Below, one piece after another: positions 1 through 14,540 of a stretch of DNA of 64,000 nt (within the stretch, counting starts at the first letter, position 1; every line of letters starts with the position of its first letter). The notes under the pieces were generated by a model. That model was not told the origin of the DNA and did not search any database. It saw only the letters and a program-made list of their open reading frames with translations. The position numbers were made by a program, and so were the translations under genes. Source of the DNA: the human T2T-CHM13v2.0 reference genome, Homo sapiens; the NCBI RefSeq assembly GCF_009914755.1, contig NC_060933.1. The stretch is one strand, 5' to 3'.

Positions 1-56
1 TTCCGTTCCATTCCATTCCATTCCATTCTATTCGGGTTAATTCCATTCCATTCCAT

Positions 57-70
57 TCGATTGCAATCGA
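57..70. other. Perfect 14-bp palindrome TCGATTGCAATCGA (recurrent module landmark, dozens of copies)
   Basis: The sequence equals its own reverse complement. It recurs after the TATTCGGGTTAATTCC word, e.g. at 1663, 3341, 4184, 8644, 16981, 19251 and 23071. Confidence 0.85.
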
Positions 71-632
71 GTTGATTCCATTCCATTCCATTCCATTCCA
101 TTCCATTCCATTCCATTCCATTCCATTCCTTTCCATTCCTTTACGGATGATTCCATTCCATTGCATTCCATTCCATTCCATTCCCCTGTACTCGGGTTGA
201 TTCCATTCCATTTCATTCCAATCCATGCCATTCCACTCGTGTTGATTCCATTCTTTCCATTCCATTCAAGTTGAATCCATTCCATTGCATTCCATTCCAT
301 TCGATTCCTTTCGATTGCACGCGGGTTGATTCCATTTCATTGCATTCCATTCCATTCCATTCCATTCCATTCCATTCCATTGCATTCCGTTCCTCTCCAT
401 TCCATTGCACTCGGGTTGATTCCATTCCATTGCATTCCATTCCATTCCATTCAATTCCATTCCGTTCCATTCCATTCCATTACATTCGGATTGATTCTAT
501 TCAACTCCCTTACTCTCCATTACATTCCATTCCATTCGGGTTGTTCCATTCCATTCCATTCCATTCCACTCCATTCCATTGCACTCGGGTTGATTCCATT
601 CCATTCCATTCCATTCCATTCCATTCCATTCC

Positions 633-647
633 ATTCCGGAAGATTCC
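633..647. promoter_or_regulatory. Perfect three-unit heat shock element (nTTCnnGAAnnTTCn); first of roughly 50 copies in the window
   Basis: ATTCCGGAAGATTCC reads a-TTC-cg-GAA-ga-TTC-c, three alternating inverted nGAAn units. Further copies start at 1466, 3149, 5995, 8452, 12527, 13511, 16779, 19054, 20872, 21471, 22500, 25850, 30971, 31036, 41612, 41871, 63279 and elsewhere. Sequence match only; binding at these sites is not shown here. Confidence 0.7.
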
Positions 648-814
648 ATTCCATTGCATTCCATTCCATTCCATTCCCCTGCACTCGCGTTGATTCCATT
701 CCATTCCATTCCATTCCATTCCATTCCATTCCATTCCGTTCTGTTCCGTTCCGTTCCATTCCATTTCATTCCATTCCGTTCTGTTCCATTCCATTCCATT
801 CCATTCTATTCGGG

Positions 815-3800
815 TTAATTCCATTCCATTCCATTCCATTGCAATCGAGTTGATTCCATTCCATTCCATTCCATTCCATTCCTTTCCATTCCATTACGGA
901 TGATTCCATTCCATTGCATTCCATTCCATTCCATTCCCCTGTACTCGGGTTGATTCCATTCCATTCCATTCCAATCCATGCCATTCCACTCGTGTTGATT
1001 CCATTCTTTCCATTTCATTCAAGTTGAATCCATTCCATTGCATTCCATTCCATTCGATTCCATTCGATTGCACTTGGGTTGATTCCATTCCATTGCATTC
1101 CATTCCATTCCATTCCATCCCATTCCATTCCGTTCCATTCCATTCCATTACATTCGGATTGATTCTATTCAATTCCCTTACACTCCATTACATTCCATTC
1201 CATTCGGGTAGTTTCCATTCCATTCCATTCCATTCCTCTCCATTCCATTGCACTCGGGTTGATTCCATTCCATTGCATTCCATTCCATTCAATTCCATTC
1301 CGTTCCATTCCATTCCATTACATTCGGATTGATTCTATTCAACTCCCTTACACTCCATTCCATTCCATTCCATTCGGGTTGTTCCATTCCATTCCATTCC
1401 ATTCCACTCCATTCCATTGCACTCGGGTTCATTCCATTCCATTCCATTCCATTCCATTCCATTCCATTCCGGAAGATTCCATTCCATTGCATTCCATTCC
1501 ATTCCATTCCCCTGCACTCGCGTTGATTCCATTCCATTCCATTCTATTCCATTCCATTCCCTTCCTTTCCGTTCCATTCCATTCCATTCCATTCCGTTCC
1601 GTTCCGTTCCGTTCCATTCCATTCCATTCCATTCTATTCGGGTTAATTCCATTCCATTCCATTCGATTGCAATCGAGTTGATTCCATTCCATTCCATTCC
1701 ATTCCATTCCATTCCATTCCATTCCTTTCCATTCCATTACGGATGATTCCATTCCATTGCATTCCATTCCATTCCATTCCCCTGTACTCGGGTTGATTAC
1801 ATTCCATTCCATTCCAATCCATGCCATTCCACTCGTGTTGATTCCATTCTTTCCATTCCATTCAAGTTGAATCCATTCCGTTGCAATCCATTCCATTCGA
1901 TTCCATTCGATTGCACTCGGGTTGATTCCATTCCATTGCATTCCATTCCATTCCATTCCATTCCGTTCCATTCCATTTCATTACATTCAGATTGATTCTG
2001 TTCAATTCCCTTACACTCCATTATATTCCAATCCATTCTTGTTGTCTCCATTCCATTCCATTCCATTTCACTCCATTCCATTGCACTCTGGTTGATTCCA
2101 TTCCATTCAATTCCATTGCATTCCATTCCATTCCATTCCGGATGATTCCATTCCATTGCATTCCATTCCATTCCATTCCCCTACACTCGGCTTGATTCCA
2201 TTCCATTCCACTCCATTCCGTTCCATTCCATTCCATTCCATTGTATTCGGGTTAATTCCATTCCATTCCATTCCATTCCATTCCATTCCATTCCAATCCA
2301 TTCCATTACAATCGACTTGATTCCATTCCATTCCATTCCATTCCAGTCCTTTCCATTCCATTCCACTCGGGTTGATTCCATTCTATTAGTTTCCATTCCA
2401 TTCCATTCCCTTCCATTCCACTCTGGTTGATTCCATTCCTTTCCATTCCACTCGAATACATTCCCTCCTATTCCACTCGGAACGATTCCATTCCATTCCA
2501 TTCCATTCCATTCCATTCCATTTCGTTCCATTCCATTCTATTCCGTATCATTCCATTCCATTCCATTCCATTCCATTCCATTCCATTCCATTCCATTGTA
2601 CTCGGGTTGATTCCATTCCATTGCATTCCATTCCATTCCATTCCATTCCATTCCATTCCATTCCATTCCGTTGCATTCCATTCCATTACATTCGGATTGA
2701 TTCTATTCAACTCCCTTACTCTCCATTACATTCCATTCCATTAGGGTTGTTCCATTCCATTCCATTCCATTCCACTCCATTCCATTGCACTCGGTTTGTT
2801 TCCATTCCATTCCATTCCATTCCATTCCATTCCGGATGATTCCATTCCATTGCATTCCGTTCCATTACATTCCCCTGCACTCGCGTTGATTCCATTCCAT
2901 TCCATTCCATTCCATTCAATTCCATTCCATTACAATTCGTTACATTCCATTCTATTCCGTACCATTCCATTACATTCCATACCATTCCATTCGATTCCAT
3001 TCCATTCCGTTCCATTCCGTTCCATTCCATTCCATTCCATTCTATTCGGATTAATTCCATTCCATTCCATTCCATTCCATTCTATTCCATTCCATTGCAA
3101 TCGAGTTGAATCCATTGCATTTCATTCCATTCCATTCCATTCCATTCCATTCCGGAAGATTCCATTCCATTGCATTCCATTCCATTCCATTCCCCTGCAC
3201 TCGCGTTGATTCCATTCCATTCCATTCCACTCCATTCCATTCCGTTCCGTTCCTTTCCATTCCATTCCATTCCATTCCATTCCGTTCTCTTCCATTCCAT
3301 TCCATTCCATTCTATTCGAGTTAATTCCATTCCATTCCATTCGATTGCAATCGAGTTGATTCCATTCCATTCCATTCCATTCCATTCCATTCCTTTCCAT
3401 TCCATTACGGATGATTCCATTCCATTGCATTCCATTCCATTCCATTCCTCTGTACTCGGGTTGAGTCCATTCCATTCCATTCCAATCCATGCCATTCCAC
3501 TCGTGTTGATTCCATTTTTTCCATTCCATTCAAGTTGAATCCATTCCATTGCATTCCATTCCGTTCTATTCCATTCGATTGCACTCGCGTTGATTGCATT
3601 CCATTGCATTCCATTCCATTCCATTCCATTCCATTCCATTCCATTCCGTTCCATTCCATTCCATTACATTCGGATTGATTCTATTCAATTCCCTTACACT
3701 CCATTACATTCCATTCCATTCGGGTAATTTCCATTCCATTCCATTCCATTCCTCTCCATTCCATTGCACTCGGGTTGATTCCATTCCATTGCATTCCATT

Positions 3801-5090
3801 CCATTCCATTCAATTCCATTCCGTTCCATTCCATTCCGTTACATTCGGATTGATTCTATTCAACTCCCTTACTCTCCATTACATTCCATTCCATTCGGGT
3901 TGTTCCATTCCATTCCATTCCATTCCACTCCATTCCATTGCACTCGGGTTGATTCCATTCCATTCCATTCCATTCCGGAAGATTTCATTCCATTGCATTC
4001 CATTCCATTCCATTCCCCTGCACTCGCGTTGATTCCATTCCATTCCATTCTATTCCATTCCATTCCCTTCCTTTCCGTTCCATTCCATTCCATTCCATTC
4101 CATTCCATTCCATTCCATTCCATTCCGTTCCGTTCCATTCCATTCCATTCCATTCTATTCGGGTTAATTCCATTCCATTCCATTCGATTGCAATCGAGTT
4201 GATTCCATTCCATTCCATTCCATTTCATTCCATTCCATTCCTTTCCATTCCATTACGGATGATTCCATTCCATTGCATTCCATTCTATTCCATTCCCCTG
4301 TACTCGGGTTGATTCCATTCCATTCCATTCCAATCCATGCCATTCCACTCGTGTTGATTCCATTCTTTCCATTCCATTCAAGTTGAATCCATTCCATTGC
4401 ATTCCATTACATTCGATTCCATTCGATTGCACAGGGGTTGATTCCATTTCATTCCATTCCATTCCATTCCATTCCATTCCATTCCATTCCATTCCGATCC
4501 ATTCCATTTCATTACATTCAGATTGATTCTATTCAATTCCCTTACACTCCATTCTATTCCAACCCATTCTGGTTGTCTCCATTCCATTCCATTCCATTTC
4601 ACTCCATTCCATTGCACTCTGGTTGATTCCATTCCATTCCATTCCATTGCATTCCATTCCATTCCATTCCGGATGATTCCATTCCATTGCATTCCATTCC
4701 ATTCAATTCCCCTGCACTCGGGTTGATTCCATTCCATTCCACTCCATTCCGATCCATTCCATTCCATTCCATTGTATTCGGGTTAATTCCATTCCATTCC
4801 ATTCCATTCCATTCCATTCCATTCCATTACAATCGAGTTGATTCCATTCCATTCCATTCCATTCCAGTCCTTTCCATTCCATTCCACTCGGGTTGATTCC
4901 ATTCTATTAGTTTCCATTCCATTCCATTCCCTTCCATTACACTCTGGTTGATTACATTGCTTTCCATTCCACTCGAATACATTCCCTCCTATTCCACTTG
5001 GAACGATTCCATTCCATTCCTTTCCATTCCATTCCATTCCATTCCATTTCGTTCCATTCCATTCTATTCCGTATCATTCCATTCCATTCC
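815..5090 (+). repeat. Diverged duplication with ~2.52-kb offset (~815-2560 copied at ~3330-5090)
   Basis: ORF/landmark offsets: 1643 to 4164 (2521), 1259 to 3775 (2516), 1992 to 4523 (2531), 2427 to 4948 (2521). Shared variant GCACTCTGGTTGA at ~2083 and ~4614. GAATACATTCCCTCC landmark at 2454 and 4975. Confidence 0.75.
2454..2485 (+). repeat. Rare complex landmark word GAATACATTCCCTCCTATTCCACTCGGAACGA (13 copies including variants)
   Basis: Starts at 2454, 4975, 6953, 10084, 11951, 16159, 20127, 24166, 27710, 35121, 51456, 54376 and 62679. Confidence 0.85.
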
Positions 5091-8000
5091 ATTCCATTCC
5101 ATTCCATTCCATTCCATTGCATTCCATTCCATTCCATTCCGGATGATTCCATTCCATTGCATTCCATTCCATTCCATTCCCCTGCACTCGGGTTGATTCC
5201 ATTCCATTCCATTCCATTACATTCCGTTCCATTCCATTCCATTCCATTCGGATTGATTCTATTCAATTGCCTTACACTCCATTACATTCCATTCCATTCG
5301 GGTAGTTTCCATTCCATTCCATTCCATTCCTCTCCATTCCATTGCACTCGGGTTGATTCCATTCCATTCCATTCCATTCCATTCCATTCCATTCCATTCC
5401 ATTCCATTCCGTTCCATTGTACTCGGGTTGATTCCATTCCATTGCATTCCATTCCATTCCATTCCATTCCATTCCATTCCATTCCATTCCATTCCTTTCC
5501 ATTCCATTACATTCGGATTGATTCTATTCATCTCCCTTACTCTCCATTATATTCCATTCCATTCGGGTTGTTCCATTCCATTCCATTCCATTCCACTCCA
5601 TTCCATTGCACTCGGGTTGATTCCATTGGATTCCATTCCATTCCATTCCATTCCATTCCGGATGATTCCATTCCATTGCATTCCGTTCCATTACATTCCC
5701 CTGCACTCTGGTTGATTCCATTCCATTCCATTCCATTCCATTCCATTCCATTCCATTGCAATTCTTTCCATTCCATTCTATTCCGTACCATTCCATTCCA
5801 TTCCATACAATTCCATTCCATTCCATTCCACTCCGTTCCGTTCCGTTCCGTTCCGTTCCTTTCCGTTCCATTCCATTCCATTCCATTCTATTCGGTTTAA
5901 TTCCATTCCATTCCATTCCATTCCATTCTATTCCATTCCATTGCAATCGAGTTGAATCCATTGCATTCCATTCCATTCCATTCCATTCCATTCCATTCCG
6001 GAAGATTCCATTCCATTGCATTCCATTCCATTCCATTCCATTCCATTCCATTCCATTCCATTCCATTCCATTCCATTCCATTGTACTCGGGTTGATTCCA
6101 TTCCATTCCGTTCCATTCCATTTCATTACATTCAGATTGATTCTATTCAATTCCCTTACACTCCATTATATTCCAATCCATTCTGGTTGTCTCCATTCCA
6201 TTGCATTCCATTTCACTCCATTCCATTGCACTCGGGTTGATTCCATTCCATTCCATTCCATTCCATTCCATTCCATTGCGGATGATTCCATTCCATTGTA
6301 TCCCATTCCATTCCATTCCCCTGCACTCGGGTTGATTCCATTCCATTCCATTCCATTACATTCCGTTCCATTCCATTCCATTCCATTCGGATTGATTCTA
6401 TTCAATTCCCTTACACTCCATTACATTCTATTCCATTCGGGTAGTTTCCATTCCATTCCATTCCACTCCATTCCATTCCATTCCATTCCATTCCATTGTA
6501 CTCGGGTTGATTCCATTACATTGCATTCCATTCCATTCCATTCCATTCCGTTCCATTCCATTCCATTACATTCGGATTGATTCTTTTCAACTCCCTTACT
6601 CTCCATTACATTCCATTAAATTCGGGTTGTTCCATTCCATTCCATTCCATTCAACTCCATTCCATTGCACTCGGGTTGATTCCATTCCATTCCATTCCAT
6701 TCCATTCCGGATGATTCCATTCCATTGCATTCCGTTCCATTACATTCCCCTGCATTCGGGTTGATTCCATTCCATTCCATTCCATTCCATTCGATTCCAT
6801 TCCATTCCCCTGCACTCGCGTTGATTCCATTCCATTCCATTACATTCCATTCCATTCCATTCCATTCCATTCCTTTCCATTCCATTCCTTTCCATTCCAT
6901 TCCATTCCCTTCCATTCCACTCTGGTTGATTCAATTCCTTTCCATTCCACTCGTATACATTCCCTCCTATTCCACTCGGAACGATTCCATTCCATTCCAT
7001 TCCATTCCATTCCATTCCATTTCGTTCCATTCCATTCTATTCCGTATCATTCTATTCCATTCCATTCCATTCCATTCCATTCCATTCCACTCGTGTTGAT
7101 TCCATTCCTTTCGATTCCATTCGGTTTGAAGGCATTCCATTCCATTCCATTCCATTCCATTCCATTCCATTCCATTCCTTTCCATTCCATTGTACTCGGG
7201 TTGATTCCATTCCATTGCATTCCATTCCATTCCATTCCATTCCATTCCGTTGCATTCCATTCCATTACATTCGGATTGATTCTATTCAACTCCCTTACTC
7301 TCCATTACATTCCATTCCATTCGGGTTGTTCCATTCCATTCCATTCCAATCCACTCCATCCCATTGCACTCGGGTTGATTCCATTCCATTCCATTCCATT
7401 CCATTCCATTCCATTCCATCCCATTCCGGATGATTCCATTCTATTGCATTCCGTTCCATTACATTACCCTGCACTCGGGTTGATTCCATTCCATTCCATT
7501 CCATTCCATTCCATTCCATTCCATTCCATTCCAATTCTTTCCATTCCATTCTATTCCGTACCATTCCATTCCATTCCATAGAATTCCATTCCATACCATT
7601 CCACTCCGTTCCGTTCCGTTCCGTTCCGTTCCATTCCATTCCATTCCATTCTATTCGATTTAATTCCATTCCATTCCATTCCATTCCATTCTATTCCATT
7701 CCATTGCAATCGAGTTGAATCCATTGCATTCGATTCCATTCCATTCCATTCCATTCCATTCCAATCCGGAAGATTCCATTCCATTGCATTCCATTCCTTT
7801 CCATTCCATTCCATTCCATTCCATTCCATTGTACTCGGGTTGATTCCATTCCATTGCATTCCATTCCATTCCATTCCGTTCCATTCCATTCCATTACATT
7901 CGGATTGATTCTTTTCAACTCCCTTACTCTCCATTACATTCCATTCCATTCGGGTTGTTCCATTCCATTCCATTCCATTCCATTCCATTCCATTGCACTC

Positions 8001-11000
8001 GGGTTGATTCCATTCCATTCCATTCCATTCCATTCCGGATGATTCCATTCCATTGCATTCCGTTCCATTACATTCCCCTGCACTCGGGTTGATTCCATTC
8101 CATTCCATTCCATTCCATTCCATTCCATTCCGGATAATTCCATTCCATTGCATTCCTTTCCTTTACATTCCCATGCTCTCGCGTTGATTCCATTCCATTC
8201 CATTCCATTCCATTCAATTCCATTCCATTAGAATTCGTTCCATTCCATTCTATTCCGTACCATTCCATTCGATTCCATACCATTCCATTCCATTCCATTC
8301 CATTCCATTCCGTTCCATTCCGTTCCATTCCATTCCATTCCATTCTATTCGGATTAATTCCATTACATTCCATTCCATTCCATTCTATTCCATTCCATTG
8401 CAATCGAGTTGAATCCATTGCATTTCATTCCATTCCAATCCATTCCATTCCATTCCGGAAGATTCCATTCCATAGCATTCCATTCCATTCCATTCCCCTG
8501 CACTCGCGTTGATTCCATTCCATTCCATTCCATTCCATTCCGTTCCGTTCCGTTCCATTCCATTCCATTCCATTGCATTCCATTCCGTTCCGTTCCATTC
8601 CATTCCATTCCATTCTATTCGGGTTAATTCCATTCCATTCCATTCGATTGCAATCGAGTTGATTCCATTCCATTCCATTCCATTCCATTCCATTCCATTC
8701 CTTTCCATTCCATTACATTCCATTCCATTCCGTTCCATTGTACTCGGGTTGATTCCATTCCATAGCATTCCATTCCATTCCATTCCATTCCATTCCATTC
8801 CATTCCGTTCCATTCCATTACATTCGGATTGATTCTATTCAACTCCCTTACTCTCCATTACATTCCATTCCATTCGGGTTGTTCCATTCAATTCCATTCC
8901 ATTCCACTCCATTCCATTGCACTCGGGTTGTTTCCATTCCATTCCATTCCATTCCATTCCATTCCATTCCATTCCGGATGATTCCATTCCATTGCATTCC
9001 GTTCCATTACATTCCCCTGCACTCGGGTTGATTCCATTCCATTCCATTCCATTCCATTCGATTCCATTCCATTCCAATTCTTTCCATTCCATTCTATTCC
9101 GTACCATGCCATTCCATTCCATACAATTCCATTCCATTCCCTTCCAGTCCGTTCCGTTCCGTTCCGTTCTGTTCCGTTCCATTCCATTCCATTCCATTCT
9201 ATTCGGGTTAATTCCATTCCATTCCATTCGATTGCAATCGAGTTGATTCCATTCCATTCCATTCCATTCCATTCCATTCCATTCCTTTCCATTCCATTAC
9301 GGATGATTCCATTCCATTGCATTCCATTCCATTCCATTCCCCTGTACTCGGGTTGATTCCATTCCATTCCATTCCAATCCATGCCATTCCACTCGTGTTG
9401 ATTCCATTCTTTCCATTCCATTCAAGTTGAATCCATTCCATTGCATTCCATTCCATTCCATTCCCCTGCATTCGGGTTGATTCCATTCCATTCCATTCCA
9501 TTCCATTCCATTCCGTTCTGTTCCAATCCATTCCATTCCATTCTATTCGGGTTAATTCCATTCCATTCCATTCCATTCCATTCCATTCCATTCCATTCCA
9601 TTCCAATCGAGTTGATTCCATTCCATTCCATTCCATTCCATTCCACTCCATTCCAGTCCTTTCCATTCCATTCCACAGTGGTTGATTCCAATGTATTCCT
9701 TTCCATTCCATTCCATTCCATTGCAATCGAGTTGATTCCATTGCTTTGCATTCCATTCCATTCCATTCCATTCCGGATGATTCCATTCCATTGCATTCCA
9801 TTCCATTCCATTCCCCTGCACTCGGGTTGATTCCATTCCATTCCACTCCATTCCTTTCCATTCCATTCCATTCCATTGTGTTCGGGTTAATTCCATTCCA
9901 TTCCATTCCATTCCATTCCATTCCATTCCATTCCATTACAATCGAGTTGATTCCATTCCATTCCATTCCATTCCAGTCCTTTCCATTCCATTCCACTCGG
10001 GTTGATTCCATTCTATTAGTTTCCATTCCATTCCATTCCCTTCCATTGCACTCTGGTTGATTCCATTCCTTTCCTTTCCACTCGAATACATTCCCTCCTA
10101 TTCCACTCGGAACGATTCCATTCCATTCCATTCCATTCCATTCCATTCTATTCCATTCCATTCCATTTCGTTCCATTCCATTCTATTTCGTATCATTCCA
10201 TTCCATTCCATTAAATTCCATTCCATTCCATTCCATTCCATTGTACTCGGGTTGATTCCATTCCATTGCATTCCATTCCATTCCATTCCGTTGCATTCCA
10301 TTCCATTACATTCGGATTGATTCTATTCAACTCCCTTACTCTCCATTACATTCCATTCCATTCGGGTTGTTCCATTCCATTCCATTCCATTCCACTCCAT
10401 TCCATTGCACTCGGGTTGATTCCATTCCATTCCATTCCATTCCATTCCATTCCATTCCGGATGATTCCATTCCATTGCATTCCGTTCCATTACATTCCCC
10501 TGCACTCGCGTTGATTCCATTCCATTCCATTCCATTCCATTCAATTCCATTCCATTACAATTCGTTCCATTCCATTCTATTCCGTACCATTCCATTCCAT
10601 TCCATACCATTCCATTCCATTCCATTCCATTCCATTCCGTTCCATTCCGTTCCATTCCATTCCATTCCATTCTATTCGGATTAATTCCATTCCATTCCAT
10701 TCCATTCCATTCTATTCCATTCCATTGCAATCGAGTTGAATCCATTGCATTTCATTCCATTCCATTCCATTCCATTCCATTCAGGAATATTCCATTCCAT
10801 TGCATTCCATTCCATTCCATTCCCCTGCACTCGCGTTGATTCCATTCCATTCCATTCCATTCCGTTCCGTTCCGTTCCATTCCATTCCATTCCATTCCAT
10901 TCCATTCCGTTCCGTTCCGTTCCGTTCCATTCCATTCCATTCCATTCTATTCGGGTTAATTCCATTCCATTCCATTCGATTGCAATCGAGTTGATTCCAT

Positions 11001-12949
11001 TCCATTCCATTCCATTCCATTCCATTCCATTCCTTTCCATTCCATTACGGATGATTCCATTCCATTGCATTCCATTCCATTCCATTCCCCTGTACTCAGG
11101 TTGATTCCATTCCATTCCATTCCAATCCATGCCATTCCACTCGTGTTGATTCCATTCTTTCCATTCCATTCAATTGAATCCATTCCATTGCATTGCATTC
11201 CATTCGATTCCATTCGATTGCACTCGGGTTGATTCCATTCCATTCCATTCCATTGCATTCCATTCCATTCCGTTCCATTCCATTCCATTACATTCGGATT
11301 GATTCCATTCAATTCCCTTACACTCCATTACATTCCATTCCATTCGGGTAGTTTCCATTCCATTCCATTCCATTCCTCTCCATTCCATTGCACTCGGGTT
11401 GATTCCATTCCATTCCATTCCATTCAATTCCATTCCGTTCCATTCCATTCCATTCCATTCTATTCGGGTTAATTCCATTCCATTCCATTCCAATCGAGTT
11501 GATTCCATTCCATTCCATTCCATTCCATTCCACTCCATTCCAGTCCTTTCCATTCCATTCCACTCGGGTTGATTCCAATGTATTCCTTTCCATTCCATTC
11601 CATTCTATTGCAATCGAGTTGATTCCATTGCTTTGCATTCCATTCCATTCCATTCCATTCCGGATGATTCCATTCCATCGCATTCCATTCCATTCCATTC
11701 CCCTGCACTCGGGTTGATTCCATTCCATTCCACTCCATTCCGTTCGATTCCATTCCATTGCATTGTATTCGGGTTAATTCCATTCCATTCCATTCCATTC
11801 CATTACAATCGAGTTGATTCCATTCCATTCCATTCCATTCCAGTCCTTTCCACTCCATTCCTCTCGTGTTGATTCCATTCTATTAGTTTCCATTCCATTC
11901 CATTCCCTTCCATTCCACTCTGGTTGATTCCATTCCTTTCCATTCCACTCGAATACATTCCCTCCTATTCCACTCGGAACGATTCCATTCCATTCCATTC
12001 CATTCCATTTCGTTCCATTCCATTCTATTCCGTATCATTCCATTCCATTCCATTCCATTCCATTCCATTGTACTCGGGTTGATTCAATTCCATTGCATTC
12101 CTTTCCATTCCATTCCATTCCGTTGCATTCCATTCCATTACATTCGGATTGATTCTATTCAACTCCCTTACACTCCATTCCATTCCAATCCATTCCATTC
12201 CGGATGATTCCATTCCATTGCATTCCGTTCCATTACATTTCCCTGCACTCGCATTGATTCCATTCCATTCCATTCCATTCCATTCCATTCCATTCCATTC
12301 CATTACAATTATTTCCATTCCATTCTATTCCGTACCATTCCATTCCATTCCATACCATTCCATTCTATTCCATTCCATTCCATTCCGTTCCATTCCGTTC
12401 CATTCCATTCCATTCCATTCTATTCGAATTAATTCCATTCCATTCCATTCCATTCCATTCTATTCCATTCCATTGCAATCGAGTTGAATCCATTGCATTT
12501 CATTCCATTCCATTCCATTCCATTGCATTCCGGAAGATTCCATTCCTTTGCATTCCATTCCATTCCATTCCCCTGCACTCGCGTTGATTCCATTCCATTC
12601 CATTCCATTCCATTCCATTCCGTTCCGTTCCATTCCATTCCATTCCATTCCATTCCATTCCGTTCCGTTCCATTCCATTCCATTCCATTCTATTCGGGTT
12701 AATTCCATTCCATTCCATTCGATTGCAATCGAGTTGATTCCATTCCATTCCATTCCATTCCATTCCATTCCATTCCATTCCTTTCCATTCCATTACCGAT
12801 GATTCCATTCCATTGCACTCCATTCCATTCCATTCCCCTGTACTCGGGTTGATTCCATTCCATTCCATTCCAATCCATGCCATTCCACTCGTGTTGATTC
12901 CATTCTTTCCATTCCATTCAAGTTGAATCCATTCCATTGCATTCCATTC

Positions 12950-14540
12950 CATTCGATTCCATTCGATTGCACTCGGGTTGATTCCATTCCATTGCATTCC
13001 ATTCCATTCCATTACATTCCATTCCATTCCGTTCCATTCCATTTCATTACATTCAGATTGATTCTATTCAATTCCCTTACACTCCATTATATTCCAATCC
13101 ATTCTGGTTGTCTCCATTCCATTCCATTCCATTTCACTCCATTCCATTGCACTCAGGTTGATTCCATTCCATTCCATTCCGTTCCATTCCATTCCATTCC
13201 ATTCCGGATGATTCCATTCCATTGCATTCCGTTCCATTACATTCCCCTGCACTCGGGTTTATTCCATTCCATTCCATTCCATTCCATTCGATTCCATTCC
13301 ATTCCAATTCTTTCCATTCCATTCTATTCCGTACCATTCCATTCCATTCCATACAATTCCATTCCATTCCATTCCACTCCTTTCCGTTGCGTTCCGTTCT
13401 GTTCCGTTCCATTCCATTCCATTCCATTCCATTCCATTCCATTCCATTCCATTGCAATCGAGTTGAATCCATTGCATTCCATTCCATTCCATTCCATTCC
13501 ATTCCATTCCATTCCGGAAGATTCCATTCCATTGCATTCCATTCCATTCCATTCCATTCCATTCCATTCCATTCCATTGCACTCGGGTTGATTCCATTCC
13601 ATTGCATTCCATTCCATTCCATTCCATTACATTCCATTCCGTTCCATTCCATTCCATTACATTCGGATTGATTCTTTTCAACTCCCTTACTCTCCATTAC
13701 ATTCCATTCCATTCGGGTTGTTCCATTCCATTCCATTCCATTCCACTCCATTCCATTGCACTCGGGTTGATTCCATTCCATTCCATTCCATTCCATTCCG
13801 GATGATTCCATTCCATTGCATTCCGTTCTATTACATTCCCCTGCACTCGGGTTGATTCCATTCCATTCCTTTCCATTCCATTCGATTCCATTCCATTCCC
13901 CTACACTCGCGTTGATTCCATTCCATTCCATTCCATTCCATTCCATTCCATTCCATTCCATTCCTTTCCGTTCCATTCCATTCCATTCCGTTCCGTTCCG
14001 TTCCGTTCCATTCCTTTGCATTCCATTCTATTCGGGTTAATTCCATTCCATTCCATTCGATTGCAATCGAGTTGATTCCATTCCATTCCATTCCATTCAA
14101 TTCCATTCCAGTCCTTTCCATTCCTTTCCATTCCATTACTGATGATTCCATTCCATTGCATTCCATTCCATTCCATTCCCCTGTACTCGGGTTGATTCCA
14201 TTCCATTCCATTCCAATCCATGCCATTCCACTCGTGTTGATTCCATTCTTTCCTTTCCATTCAAGTTGAATCCATTCCATTGCATTCCATTCCATTCGAT
14301 TCCATTCGATTGCACTCGGATTGATTCCATTCCATTGCATTCCATTCCATTCCATTACATTCCATTCCGTTCCATTCCATTTCATTACATTCAGATTGAT
14401 TCTATTCAATTCCCTTACACTCCATTATATTGCAATCCATTCTGGTTGTTTCCATTCCATTCCATTCCATTTCACTCCATTCCATTGCACTCGGGTTGAT
14501 TCCATTCCATTCCATTCCACTGCATTCCATTCCATTCCAT
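12950..14540 (+). repeat. Block duplicated ~9.0 kb downstream (~21900-23550)
   Basis: Offset 9009 for ORF pairs 13697/22706, 13816/22825, 13831/22840 and 14266/23275. Shared rare variants: CGTTCTATTACA, TACACTCGCG, CAGTCCTTTCC...CCATTACTGATG, TTCTTTCCTTTCC. Confidence 0.8.
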
